Below, piece by piece: positions 12,254 through 23,774 of a stretch of DNA of 52,262 bases; within the stretch, counting starts at the first letter, position 1; the number at the start of each line of letters is the position of its first letter. The notes beneath the pieces were generated by a model that saw only the letters and a program-made list of their open reading frames with translations, ran no database searches and was not told where the DNA came from. Source of the DNA: Octopus bimaculoides (lineage: Eukaryota); assembly GCF_001194135.2 (NCBI RefSeq), contig NC_068984.1, forward strand, positions 19,874,724 to 19,926,985, in the 5' to 3' direction. The translations under genes and the position numbers were made by a program.

Positions 12254-12985
12254 ATCATCATCATTATCATTTAATGTCTGTTTTCCATGTTGGTATGGGT
12301 TGGATGGTTTGACTGAAAACTGGCAAGCCAGGGAGCTGCACCAGGTTCCCATCCAATTTCACAAGGTTTCTATGGCTTGATGCCCTGCCTAATGCCAACT
12401 TCTCCAAGAATTTAATGGGTATTTTTTATGTGCCATTAACCTGACACCAACATCATCCACGACTATGATCTCACATGGCTTGGCAAGTCTACACAAGCAT
12501 GGTATATTACCAAAGGTCTTGGTCACCTGTCACTGCTACCATGAGGCCCAATGCTCAAATGGTGCTTTTTACATGCCACTGGTACAAGTGCCAGTCAGAC
12601 GGCACTGGCATCAGTGGCATCAACTACAATTTCGGCTCAACGGGTCTTCACAAGCACAACATATCACCCAATGTTTGAAGAGTGTTTTAATGGGCCAGTT
12701 ACATGACACTGGCAGCGGCCATGACTATGATCTCACTTGATTTGACAGGTCTTCTCAAGCATGGCGTATCACCAAAGGTCTTGGCCGTTTGTCATTGCGT
12801 CCATGAGGCCTAACATTCGAAGATTGCACTTCACCACCTTGTCCTATGTCTTTCTGAGTCTACCTCTTCCACAGGTTCTCTCCATCATTAGAGTTCAACA
12901 CTTCTTCACACAGCTGTCCTCATCCATATGCATCACATGACCAAACCAGTGCAGTCATCTCTCTTGCACACCACATATGATGCCT
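12254..12985 (-). mobile_element. RTE LINE 3' end: ORF2 terminus continuous with the family A UTR and (GAT)n tail
   Basis: 12780-12985 is a decayed ERRLHWFGHVMHMDEDSCVKKC...RGRLRKT*DKVV segment, running without a break into family A sequence and the tail at 12254. Confidence 0.85.
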
Positions 12986-12995
12986 ATATAGGTAT

Positions 12996-13303
12996 ATATT
13001 ATTATGCGCCCTTTTAAAGCCTAACCAGGCTCATGGGCCCGGTTTCCCGGTTTCTATGGCGTATGTGTTCCCCCCAGCTGGACGGGATGCCAGTCCATCA
13101 CAGTGTTACTCAAGAAATAGGAAGAAAGAGTGAGAGAAAGTTGGGGCGAAACAGTACAACAGGGGTTGCCACCACCCACTGCCGGAGCTTCATGGAGCTT
13201 TAGGTGCTGTCGCTCAATAAACATACACAACACCCGGTCTGGGAATCGAAACCGTGATCCTCCGACCGTGAGTCCCCTGCCCTAACCACTGGGCCATTGC
13301 GCC
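12996..13303 (-). mobile_element. Full-length tRNA-derived SINE (family D, ~308 bp)
   Basis: The minus strand starts ggcgcaatggcccagtggttagggc (A box) ... ggtttcgattccc (B box). The body has gatggactggcatcccgtccag and there is an ATA tail. Confidence 0.85.
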
Positions 13304-13649
13304 TCCACCTATATATGTACATATACATATATATAATGTGCATATATATAGTATATGTGCTTACATATATATATATGTGTGTGTGTGTATACATACATAC
13401 ACATGATGATGCAGTTATACACACACATAAATATACATATTTATATACAAATGTGTGTGTGCGTGTGAGATATGGGGGGAATACATCATAATCATCATCG
13501 TCATCAATTCTCCATAGAAATTTATAGAAATTCATAATTTTAGACACACTCAGTGCTTGTCATTCCAACACAATCTCCTTTGAGAGGCTGACTTCCAGTG
13601 CAATACTAAATATATATTTTTACACAACATTTATTAATTCATTTGATAA

Positions 13650-13775
13650 ATAATGCTCTTCCTGTTGTTTAGCCTGAGGTGAGCTGCGATCAAACATCTG
13701 TATAATCAAATTATTCCAGCCATAAACATCCCATCTTATTTTCAGATCATGAACCTAGGACTACATCATTCAATT

Positions 13776-13828
<53 letters not shown>

Positions 13829-13880
13829 TTGTGAATTGATAAAGTATGGTTTGAAGGAAATTTAACTGCCATTTCTTGCA
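13650..13880 (-). repeat. Old interspersed repeat family E (ctagaaatagcagcc...(CAA)n)
   Basis: Diverged match to copies at ~18290-18380, 25105-25240, 25340-25490, 27690-27870, 29370-29580 (-), 42490-42660 (-) and 49308-49500. Confidence 0.6.
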
Positions 13881-14587
13881 GGCTCGTGTTGAGATTTCTT
13901 TTGTTAGTTCAATTCATCTACACTAAAAAAAAATGACTAATTTCCGTTGCATTCTCACTGTGAAACCTTACAGACTACACAGAATCTGCCAGGAGGACAC
14001 TAAACATACCACCAAAGTGAATGTGATTCAGCTAGATACAGAGATATTTCTGTTTCTGTCTCCGAAGCTTCATACTTTTCCTTGGGATCTTAACTAAAAA
14101 AAAAAAAAAGCTATCTTAGAATGCAACAAAATAAATATAACTACAAAAGGTCACACTTAATTCCAACTGCATTCTCCATTTAAGTTTTAATCAATTTTAA
14201 TTTTAGAGTTCTCTCTCTTCCTTTTCTTGATAACAATTGTCATTAGCACTAATCTTTTTTCTTCACATTACTTATGTAATTTCAGTTGATTAAAAATTAT
14301 CACACTACTTTCAAAGGCCTTTTGTGTCAAATGGCACTGAAGGCTGTGACACACAGGAGTACAGTAACACTATGTATGTTGGCACACAACTGGTCTACAA
14401 ATAAAGACCAGCTTCTACATTAAAAATGCAAGCCAAATGTTTCAACAACTTTCATGGCTTCATTCTGCATATACAGAGCTGACAAAAGATACCAAAAAAC
14501 AACAACAAAAAAGACAACAAAATTTATAACACACTTCTGAATTAGAATTATTGTTTACAATATTCTTATGCTTTTAGAGTTTATATA

Positions 14588-14634
<47 letters not shown>

Positions 14635-15203
14635 TTCTTACAAAGTATAGTGTGAGTTTCAGCCAAGAAAATTATTAAGATATTGGCATACAAGCTAAAA
14701 AAACCTGGCTCTGTCTTACAACATAACAGTTAATTATCAGTACATCTGTCTACCTACTTATTTTTCATTTGAATGAATTACAGAGTACAACTGAGTGCAA
14801 CTCGGAACATACAGTGGCTGTAGATAAGTAAGTCTGTTATGAGCCCTAGGACTCATAAGGGTTAACTTTGTTTCCATAGTATAAAAGTGACAGGGTTAAC
14901 TTCCTACTTTTTGCTGCAATTCATTTACACCTGAGTGAACTGGAGTAATGTGAAATGAGGCGTTTTGCTCCAGAACACAATGTACCACCTTGTCAGGGAA
15001 TCAAAAACACAATCTTAAAATCATGACTGCAACTTCCAGGTCATTTCAGCATGTACCTTCACTACATGATGGATTGAAAAAACAAACACTATCAAGTGAG
15101 AAATCAAGCAAAAATCAGTTCAAATAAATTTGCCAGTGGTTGGAAAAAAATCAGGTGGCCCAGATATTTATATGAAATACTACAATGTAGTCATCATTGT
15201 GAA

Positions 15204-15530
15204 GGCGCATGGCTCAGTGGTTAGAGCATCGAGCTTACGATCGTGTGGTTGTGAGTTCGAATCCCAGACCGGGTTACGTGTTGTGCCTAGCGCCAAAATT
15301 TGAAACCAATATTTAAGGCAGCAAGCTGGCAGAATTGTTGAAAAGCTGGTGAAAAGCTCAGTGGTATTTCGTCCATCTTTACATTCTGAGTTCAAATTCC
15401 GCGAAAGTCAACTTCACCTTTCATCTTTCCAGGGTCAATAAAATAAGTACTGAGGTCAATGTAATCAACAATCCCCCATCCCCAGATTTCAAGCCTTGTG
15501 CCTTTAGTAAAAGGGATTATTATTATTATT
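15204..15530 (+). mobile_element. tRNA-like head abutting a family C (Nin-like) SINE
   Basis: ggcgcatggctcagtggttagagc...gagttcgaatccc (A/B boxes, 15204-15265), then aggcagcaagctggcagaa...(ATT)n from 15316. Confidence 0.7.
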
Positions 15531-15802
15531 AGTGGATGGTACCTCTCTACGTGTAGACCTGTGAGTTGGAAAGAAGGAATTGGAGAGGGTATTTGCTCCT
15601 AGGGTTTCAGGGAATTCTTGGACAGTGGGGTTCCTCGATTATCCCAAGAGGCATTCTTGTATCAGGAGGGTCACCTCTCTATCATCCTCCCCTCCTTTTT
15701 TCTTCTTTCTTTTTTTACCTTTGTATGCTATGCATATGTCCCTTCTTTTTCAGTGTATACTGTGTATACTTAAGTTTTTTTTCTTTTTTTTATCATTTCA
15801 TT

Positions 15803-16123
15803 CATCATCATCATCATCATCGTTTAACGTCCGCTTTCCATGCTAGCATGGGTTGGACGATTTGACTGAGGACTGGTGAAACCGGATGGCAACACCAGGC
15901 TCCAGTCTGATTTGGCAGAGTTTCTACAGCTGGATGCCCTTCCTAACGCCAACCACTCAGAGAGTGTAGTGGGTGCTTTTACGTGTCACCCGCACGAAAA
16001 CGGCCACGCTCGAAATGGTGTCTTTTATGTGCCACCCGCACAAGCCAGTCCAGGGGCACTGGCAACGATCTCGCTCGAAAATCCTACAGGAGCCAGTCAG
16101 GCGGTACTGGCAACGGCCACGCT
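15803..16123 (-). mobile_element. Family A RTE-tail copy (young)
   Basis: Near-identical to 697-1000 and 23336-23600. Confidence 0.9.
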
Positions 16124-16251
16124 CATTATTATATATAAACCCCGACACTTTATGTCTGTCTCTGTATTGTCCCCCTCATCCTTCACTCTTGTGGCAAATA
16201 AATGAAATCATTATAATAATAATTATTATTATTATTATTATTATTATTATT

Positions 16252-16735
16252 GAGTGACAGAGCAGTGCATGCCATCAAAGTGACACTGGAATACAAATAT
16301 ACAAAGCCCATTATACCCATCAGGACTACCCATCTGATAAGGGTTCACCAGGCACATGCATCACAACCATATGTGCGCGGCATGGTGATCTCATATCAAG
16401 ATAAACAGCACATGACCTTGCAGGTGGGGGCCCAGTTAGAATTTTCTTCAGGTCGAGTAGCCCATCCCACTCAAAAGGTTCCTGAATGGGTTGTTTAAAG
16501 ATGATGAATGAAACGCCCATGTTTCCAGAGGTGAATTATTCAAACCCCAAAGAATTCCTCTCAGCACATGGCTATGATGCTCCCCTACTACTTCTGCTTG
16601 TGATCAGAGATGCATATATCGTCAGCCACCAAGGGGCATGCTTAACTGGTTAAGGTCAAACAACTGACAAGCAAATCTGTAGTATTGAGCAGAATATTTG
16701 CTGTCACCAATCTTTTATACCAAAACAAAACAACG
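16252..16735. repeat. Unclassified interspersed element starting in an (ATT)n tract
   Basis: 16531-16715 recurs at 19948-20152 (gaattattcaaa...gagcagaatatttgctgt). No coding similarity recognised. Confidence 0.7.
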
Positions 16736-16767
16736 TACATGATAACACTTCCAATTATTATCATTGG

Positions 16768-16975
16768 ATGAAGTGCTTAGTGGTATATCACCTATTGCTA
16801 TGTTCTGAGTTCAAATTCCGCTGAGGTTGACTTTACCTTTCATCCATTCAGGGTCGATTAAACAAGTACCAGTTATGCACTGGGGTTGATGTAATCGACT
16901 TAATCCCTTCCCCCAAATTTGAGGCCTTGTGCTTCCAGTAGAAAGGATTATTATTATTATTATTATTATTATTAT
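16768..16975 (+). mobile_element. Family C (Nin-like) SINE with (TTA)n tail
   Basis: ttctgagttcaaattccgctgaggttgactttacctttcatccattcagggtcgattaaacaagtaccag. Confidence 0.75.
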
Positions 16976-17108
16976 TTTATTGTCTTTGCACAGCTTCTAA
17001 TGCTGGAGATGTACTATGGTGTCAGCTGTTCATTACCAGTGAACTAAGGTAACACCCCTTATTTTTTGAGCACCATTCGGAGTATTCTAGCGGTTCCAAG
17101 CAGTGGAA
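16976..17108 (-). mobile_element. 3' end of an R4/Dong-clade non-LTR retrotransposon
   Basis: The minus strand reads PLLGTARILRMVLKK*, matching the LLGTAxILRxVL C-terminal motif of R4/Dong/Rex6 elements (recalled). A short UTR and AATAAA follow, with (TAA)n on both sides. Confidence 0.7.
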
Positions 17109-17231
17109 TTATTATTATTATCATTATTATTATTATTATTATTATTTCTAAAGAATTCCAAGACTGGTACATGAACCGAGAGAAGGAAACTGGAGACCTA
17201 GTCCTAATGCTTGCAACAGATAGAACTTTAC

Positions 17232-17300
17232 AGAAAGCACCCAAAGTTCAGGCGGTGGCATTAAACTCATTTGACAGACCAAGACTTCAGACAGACTTAG
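17232..17300 (-). CDS. Candidate internal exon (69 nt, phase 0-0), unidentified gene
   Basis: tattattgcag|CTA...TCT|gtaaag; reads LSLSEVLVCQMSLMPPPELWVLS. Based on splice motifs and phase only. Confidence 0.25.
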
Positions 17301-17519
17301 CTGCAATAATAGAATTATTAATAAACATACTTTGACACTTAAGAAATGTTTTCGTTTTTTGCTGTTGTATTGTTAACTGAAATTTCTTTCTGTAATTTAA
17401 CATCTAACAACAGAAGCTGGGATTGTCTTACTAATTAATCAATATACAGCCAATGGAAAAATCATGTTAATGAGAAGAATGAAGTAAGTAACGAACTTCT
17501 CTTCTATTTTGCTTGTTTT

Positions 17520-17545
17520 GTCATTATCGTCATCATCATTGTCAA

Positions 17546-17604
<59 letters not shown>

Positions 17605-17867
17605 CCGCTATGATATGATTTTTTTCATCAACATCATCATCGTTTTCCTAGTTGTAATCATTGTGGTCATGACTTGAGTGTCTTCTTTTTCCTCCTCCTC
17701 TTTCTCATCATCATCACCACCAACAAAAACAACAAAAACAACAACAACAATGCTAGTGTTGTTATTGTCATCATCACCATTATCATCATAGTCATCACCA
17801 CCATCAGCTGCATTCTCCCCATCATATTATCATCACTGCCAGCACCACCACCACCACCACCACCACC

Positions 17868-17925
<58 letters not shown>

Positions 17926-18035
17926 GTATTGTTGTCACTTTCATTACCACCATCATCATCTCTATCATCATTATCATTATCATCATCATCATTATCATCA
18001 TCATCATCACTATCACCACACCTCCAATACCATCA
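17520..18035. repeat. Compound trinucleotide field (CAT)n/(CAA)n/(CAC)n
   Basis: Direct reading. It explains ORFs 17674-18117 and 17822-18073. Confidence 0.9.
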
Positions 18036-18380
18036 TTATTGTTGCAGATCACTGGTCCAATGCTTGTATCCATTTTTCTATAGTATTAAGCTGATGAAAG
18101 AGCTGTCTCTCCTTTGATGACATCACAGCCTGTTTACAGGTAACTATAATGAAGAGGGGAGGGGCAGGGAGGGGAGGCATGGGAGGAGAGGATTGAAATC
18201 AGCTTTGAAAGCCAGAAAACCATAACCTGATCAATTTTTTTAATACAGCAGTTACTTATTGTAACATAGGAGCCTTTACTTGTTGCTTGACTTTCTAGAA
18301 ATAGCAGTCAAGTCTTCTTTACATCATACTTTACCATCTTAAAAAGGAAAGGACAGTATATAATGTAGTCCGAGATAGAT

Positions 18381-18844
18381 TATCTTTTATCTTTCACTTG
18401 TTTCAGTTATTAGACTGTGGCCATGCTGGTGCACCACCTTGCAGTGTTTAGTCAACTAATCCTTTTATTCTTTAACTTGTTTCAGTTATTTAACTGCAGC
18501 CATGCTGGAGCACTGCTTTCAGTCGAAGAAATCTACCCCAGGACATATTCTTTGTAAGCCTAGTACTCATTCTATTGATTTCTTTTTGATGAACCACTAA
18601 GTTACAGGGGACATAAATGCACCAACATCGGTAGTCAAGTGATGGTGGGGGGGACTAACACAGACACACAAATATATACATATATACGACGGGCTTCTTT
18701 CAGTTTCCGTCTATCAAATTCACTCACAAGGCTTTGGTTGGCATAAGGCTATATTAGAAGACACTTGCCCAAGATACCATACAGTGGGACTGAACCCGGA
18801 ACCATGTGGTTGGGAAGCAAGCTTCTTACCCCACAGCTATGCCT
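18381..18844 (-). mobile_element. tRNA/CORE-like SINE (family B) with a duplicated 3' segment
   Basis: Reverse of ggcatagctgtggggtaagaagcttgcttcccaaccacatggttccgggttcagtcccac...cttgggcaagtgtcttc. The cttgtttcagttatt...ccatgctgg segment occurs twice. Confidence 0.85.
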
Positions 18845-19310
18845 GGGGGCTTCTTTCAGTTTCCGTCTACCAAATCCACTCACCAAATCCATGCCTCAGC
18901 ATGGCCTCAAATGAATAACTGCAACTAGTAACAAACAGAAATTCTTTTGAAGTATAGTAGCATTCTTTAAATTTATAAATGAACCATCATACTATGGGAG
19001 AAAGGAACTACTAGGGTCGTAACTACTATGACAGTTACATAGAATAGCATACTACACTATGGTAGAAACTATGATGATGGTTATATAGTACAGCATAGAA
19101 TACTATGATGGTAAAGTAATCACATAACGAACAGCAATTAATTTCCTTTAACTAGGTTTTCATTTAGTTTTCAATGTTTTCTTAAAGTTTTTAGATTGAA
19201 CAAATTTAGATAATGAGTAATTAAACTAACATATTTCACACCAGAAATAAATAAATCCGGTATATTTTGTTAAAGAAGAAATTTTACAGTAGTTAGTCAT
19301 ATTTACTCAC

Positions 19311-19348
19311 AGATGGTTGGTTCAAGTGAAAAGCATGAGAAGAATTTA
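19311..19348 (-). CDS. Candidate internal exon (38 nt, phase 1-0), unidentified gene
   Basis: atttatctccctacacctcag|TAAATT...CCATCT|gtgagt, with a good acceptor and donor; reads (V)NSSHAFHLNQPS. Confidence 0.35.
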
Positions 19349-19654
19349 CTGAGGTGTAGGGAGATAAATATTGATTGTAATTCATAATTTTCAGGTCAGT
19401 CAAATTCAAATTCAATTGATCTTACATTATTGGTTCATAAACCTGTTTTATGACAGAACTCATATATGAACTTCTTTCCCCCAGAATCACAGAACTTATG
19501 CTATATAGACAACTCTGACTACTCTAAATTTTATTATGACATTAAATGAAACAAATTGCTTTCGAAAGAGCAAATTTATTCATATATTTAAAAAAAAACA
19601 TAATTTACTATTTTGAAGATGATGAATAATATTTATTTTATCATAATAATAATA

Positions 19655-19860
19655 ATAATCTTTTCTACTAAAGGCACAAGGCCTGAAATTTGGCAGGAGG
19701 GGATTAGTCGATTACACTGACCCCAGTATTACACTGGTACTTAATTTATCAACCCTGAAAGGATGAAAGGCAAAGTCGATCTTGACAGAATTTGAACTCT
19801 GAATGTGAAAATGAATGAAAGGCCACTAAGCATTTTGCCTGGTGAGCTAATGATTCTTAT
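19655..19860 (-). mobile_element. Family C (Nin-like) SINE
   Basis: (TAA)n tcttttctactaaaggcacaaggcc...aaaggatgaaaggcaaagtcga...gaatttgaactc. Confidence 0.75.
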
Positions 19861-21217
19861 TTCTTTATTACCCACAAGGGGCTAAACATAGAGGGGACAA
19901 ACAAGGACAGACAAATGGGTTAAGTCGATTACATCGACCCTAGTGCGTTTCCAGCGGTGAATTATTCAAATCCCAAAGAATTCCTCTCAACACATGACTA
20001 TGATGCTCCCCCACCACTTCTGCTCATAATCAGAGACGCACATATCATCAGCCACTAAGGGACATGCTCAACTGGTTACGGTCAAACAATTGACAAAGCA
20101 AATTTGTGGCATTGAGCAGAATATTTGCTGTGGCCCATCTTCTATATCAAGACTAAGGCAGGAAGCTGGCAGAATCATTAGCATACCAAAATGTTTAGTG
20201 GCATTTCATCAATAAAATAAGTACCAGTTATGCACTGGGATTGATTAACCCCCCACTCCCAAAATTTCAGGCCTTGTGCTTCTAACAGAAAAGATTATTA
20301 TTAATATTAAGATGATGATGATGAACTTGCAAGTGACCATAACATTGATAGCAACACAAAAATCTACAGACACATAGTATTAACACATTAATACTGAAAC
20401 ACAGTAATGCATCAGTTTTGAAACTTAATAATGCATAACTATTGACATGCTGTAACACATTAGTATTGAAAAATAATCATATAGCTAAGATGTAATCAAA
20501 GGTGAATCTTGAAGCAGAAACAAGAAATTACAGACTTTTTCTGTCTGTATAACACACTGAAGAAATATCTACATCTAAATGCTGTTTGGTCTTTACTTGT
20601 CTGTACACACCTGTCATATATGCTATATACAGTTACCTTCACAAACCAGTGTATTTTTCACAAGTAAAATAGGGCATACATGAAATACACACAGTTGACA
20701 TGTTTGATGGAATGCTTATGTAATTGGTTCCTCATTCTTAATAAATACACAATAGTGTGTGTGTGGGTGTATGGGTGTGAGATTGAATGACTGTGTGTTG
20801 GTGATAACAAGAAAGAGCAAAGAAAGAAATGTTTGAGTGAATTAGGTTACAACGATCAGCTGAGAAAGTTGTTGACATTTTTTAGCACAAAGACAGCCTC
20901 GATGAAGCGGAACCGTGATCAAAATCCTTCTGGCCATGATTTTCCTGTAAATTTTTCTCAGGTATAATGCATCTGAGACAATGTCATTTAATGTATGTAT
21001 GCACATGCATGCACATGCACACACACAGATTCTGAGAACATACTGGCAAGACCATGTTATCAATGAAGACATTCCGAAGAGAGAACCAACACAAGACCAG
21101 TGAAATCATCACAAAACTAGCAGCTTGTATACTTTGATTACAAAAACAATGCCATTCAAAAGAAGTTTGCAAATGGACACCACTGGAGGAAGAAAGAAAG
21201 AGAAGAAAACTGAAAAC

Positions 21218-21789
21218 TATTGGGTTGTCCGGAAAGTTCAACTTATTTTAGAACATGGTTGAGTCCATAAAATAAGATTTGACTACACTTCCATTTAGGG
21301 CACAGTTTAAGCTATCTTTTCGTGGAAGAAGGTTTATGTTCTTATAACCTGTGTTAATTCTGTAACCCTTTAAAACGGAAGATAAGAAAGTTCATTTTCA
21401 GCACTTGATGCTTTTCTTTTTCTGTAAAGGGAAAAATGCCTCACAAACAACCAAAGAAATATGCGCAGTTTACAGTGATGTTTCTTTATCTGAAAGAACT
21501 GTATGGAAGTGGTTCGCAAGGTTCCGAGCTGGAGATTGTAGCCTTATTGATAAAGAGCAATCAGGCAGACCATCCACTACAGGTGATGACCAAATCAAGT
21601 CATTAATTGAGAACAACCCACATTGCACAACCCGAGAATTGGCAGAAAGCCGCAACCTATCAAAATCTGTCGTTCATGAGCACCTAGTAAAGCTTGGGTA
21701 CACAAATTGCTACAACGCTTGGGTACGACATGAGTTGAGTGAGAAGAACCTTTTGGAAAATCAGCACGGACTTTCCGGACAACCCAATA
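21218..21789 (+). mobile_element. Internally deleted mariner with intact ends
   Basis: 20-bp perfect inverted ends including the TA TSD: TATTGGGTTGTCCGGAAAGT / ACTTTCCGGACAACCCAATA. Confidence 0.95.
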
Positions 21790-21794
21790 CATGA
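21405..21794 (+). pseudogene. Truncated mariner transposase: N-terminal HTH DNA-binding region only
   Basis: Open 129-aa frame ...GKNASQTTKEICAVY...TVWKWFARFRAGD.SL.D...SGRP...WVRHEL (WVPHEL linker) with no DDD domain. The probable original start is now ACG at 21375, in frame. Confidence 0.85.
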
Positions 21795-22071
21795 TGCAGA
21801 ACATTCATAACCAACATGAGAGAGGCCAATATCACAAGACTGGATGAAAAGAAAACTACAGCCAACAGAAACCAGTGGCATCGACTTACTGCCTGATGTG
21901 CTCAAGAGCACAAGAAGAATTGATACTATATGCATGCATACATACATACATACATGTATACATGCATACAGACATACATACATAGTAGAGGCACAAGTAT
22001 TCTCAAGTGCAAGGCAAAAAATTCTTAAAACTAATAAAGTAAATATTCTACTTTATATTTTTTTTATTATA

Positions 22072-22835
22072 TACAGAAATATATGACAGAAGTAAATAGA
22101 CACCCTTATAGTCATTAAAATTTATTGAAATCTGAAATTATAAATTCAAATTATTTATTACTTTTTATAATGTGAATATTCAATATTTAGTAGACATGCC
22201 CTTTGCATTTTTCAATGCAAGGACCCTATTAGGCATGTTACTAATCAGATGATGAATATTCTCTTGCGGAATTTCTTGCTAAGTTTCATGCAGTAATCTC
22301 AGAAGGTCTGGCTTTGAAGATACTTTCTTGTTCTTTTTATGAAGTGTCCTGTCCATTATGTCCCAGAAATGTTCAATAGGGTTCATATCTGGTGACTGGC
22401 TTGGCTATGGAAGCTTTTTAATGCTGTTTTCATCCAACAAATCTGGGATCATTTTAGCCATGTGACAAGGAGACCCATCTTCCATAAATAAAGAGTCTTC
22501 TTTAATCACTGTTGGAGAAGATTGGAAGGAGCCCTTTCTGCAATATGGACACGTATTTATCTGAGTTTATGTTTCCCTCACACTCCACCAGCTCTGATCA
22601 ACCATTGCTCTAAATTGCTCCCCAGACCATCACAGAATAGCTGCCATGTTTCATTGTTGGCTGCAATCTTTTCACATCAAATTTTTGATCACAGTCTCCA
22701 GACCCACACTCAACCACTGTCAGGAAATACAGCAAATCTGGACTCATCAGAGATATAACAATGTCCCAAAATGCTAGTGGCCTCTCCACCATCTCCCTGG
22801 CCCAATCTTTTCTCTGCTTGATGCTGACTGGTCGA
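22072..22835 (-). mobile_element. Tc1 (DD34E) transposon remnant, truncated by the assembly gap
   Basis: PTMKHGSYSVMVWGAI...FMEDGSPCH...P*PSQSPDMNPIEHFW with 34 residues between D and E. A possible terminal TACAG lies at 22072. Confidence 0.88.
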
Positions 22836-23326
22836 NNNNNNNNNNNNNNNNNNNNNNNNNNNNNNNNNNNNNNNNNNNNNNNNNNNNNNNNNNNNNNNNN
22901 NNNNNNNNNNNNNNNNNNNNNNNNNNNNNNNNNNNNNNNNNNNNNNNNNNNNNNNNNNNNNNNNNNNNNNNNNNNNNNNNNNNNNNNNNNNNNNNNNNNN
23001 NNNNNNNNNNNNNNNNNNNNNNNNNNNNNNNNNNNNNNNNNNNNNNNNNNNNNNNNNNNNNNNNNNNNNNNNNNNNNNNNNNNNNNNNNNNNNNNNNNNN
23101 NNNNNNNNNNNNNNNNNNNNNNNNNNNNNNNNNNNNNNNNNNNNNNNNNNNNNNNNNNNNNNNNNNNNNNNNNNNNNNNNNNNNNNNNNNNNNNNNNNNN
23201 NNNNNNNNNNNNNNNNNNNNNNNNNNNNNNNNNNNNNNNNNNNNNNNNNNNNNNNNNNNNNNNNNNNNNNNNNNNNNNNNNNNNNNNNNNNNNNNNNNNN
23301 NNNNNNNNNNNNNNNNNNNNNNNNNN
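22836..23326. other. Assembly gap (N). Other gaps: 28557-28622, 29903-29912, 30246-30756, 36895-37437, 44781-45303, 46438-46574
   Basis: N runs, mostly abutting microsatellites. Confidence 0.99.
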
Positions 23327-23335
23327 TATATATAT

Positions 23336-23690
23336 CATTATCATCATCGTTTAACGTCCGCTTTCCATGCTAGCATGGGTTGGACGATTTGACTGAGAAC
23401 TGGCAAACCAGATGGCTGCACCAGGCTCCAATCTAATTTGGCAGGGTTTCTACAGCTGGATGCCCTTCCTAACGCCAACCACTCCGAGAGTGTAGTGGGT
23501 GCTTTTACGTGCCACTGGCACGAAGGCCAGTCAGACGGTACTGGCAATGGCCATACTCAAAATGGTGCCAGTCCAGGGGCACTGGCAATGATCTCGCTCG
23601 AATGTTTTTTCACGTGCCAGTAAGGCAACGCTGGTAACGATCACTCTCAAATGGTGCTATTTACGTGCCACTGGCAACGTCTGCTTTCCA
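23336..23690 (-). mobile_element. Family A RTE-tail copy
   Basis: Near-identical to 15803-16123. Confidence 0.9.
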
Positions 23691-23774
23691 TGCTGGCATG
23701 GGTTGGGCAGCCAGCACTGAGAGCGAACATTAAATGATGATGACGATGAGATATAATTTCTTCCTTCTGGTAGT

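Larger units (their letters stand above)
21030..21925 (+). pseudogene. Old RTE-type LINE ORF2 C-terminus split by the mariner at 21218-21789
   Basis: Left of the mariner: ILRTYWQDHVINEDI...CKWTPLEEERKRRKLK. Right of it: T*CRTFITNMREANI...NRNQWHRLTA. Together these are collinear with the RTE pattern WQDxVxNE...W.P.GKRKRGRPKTTW...DRxxW. Confidence 0.65.

Noticed and set aside
13225-13303. Functional tRNA gene (also 15204-15290 and 31598-31655)
   Set aside because: These have A/B boxes but no closing acceptor stem, and they run into SINE bodies.
17674-18117. 147-aa Pro/Thr/Ser-rich mucin-like ORF
   Set aside because: It is entirely a translation of (CAC)n/(CAA)n/(CAT)n tracts.
18985-19125. Degenerate ACTATG-rich periodic stretch
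   Set aside because: No consistent period or unit. Treated as low-complexity sequence.
20842-20975. Terminal exon DALYLRKIYRKIMARR...
   Set aside because: Both strands give similar short open frames, there is no recognisable homology, and it may be more of the adjacent LINE remnant.
20984-21241. Minus-strand exon with a strong-looking pyrimidine acceptor at ~21184
   Set aside because: The plus strand is better explained as a decayed RTE ORF2 end that continues beyond the mariner. The pyrimidine tract is the complement of its purine-rich KRKRGRP-like codons.
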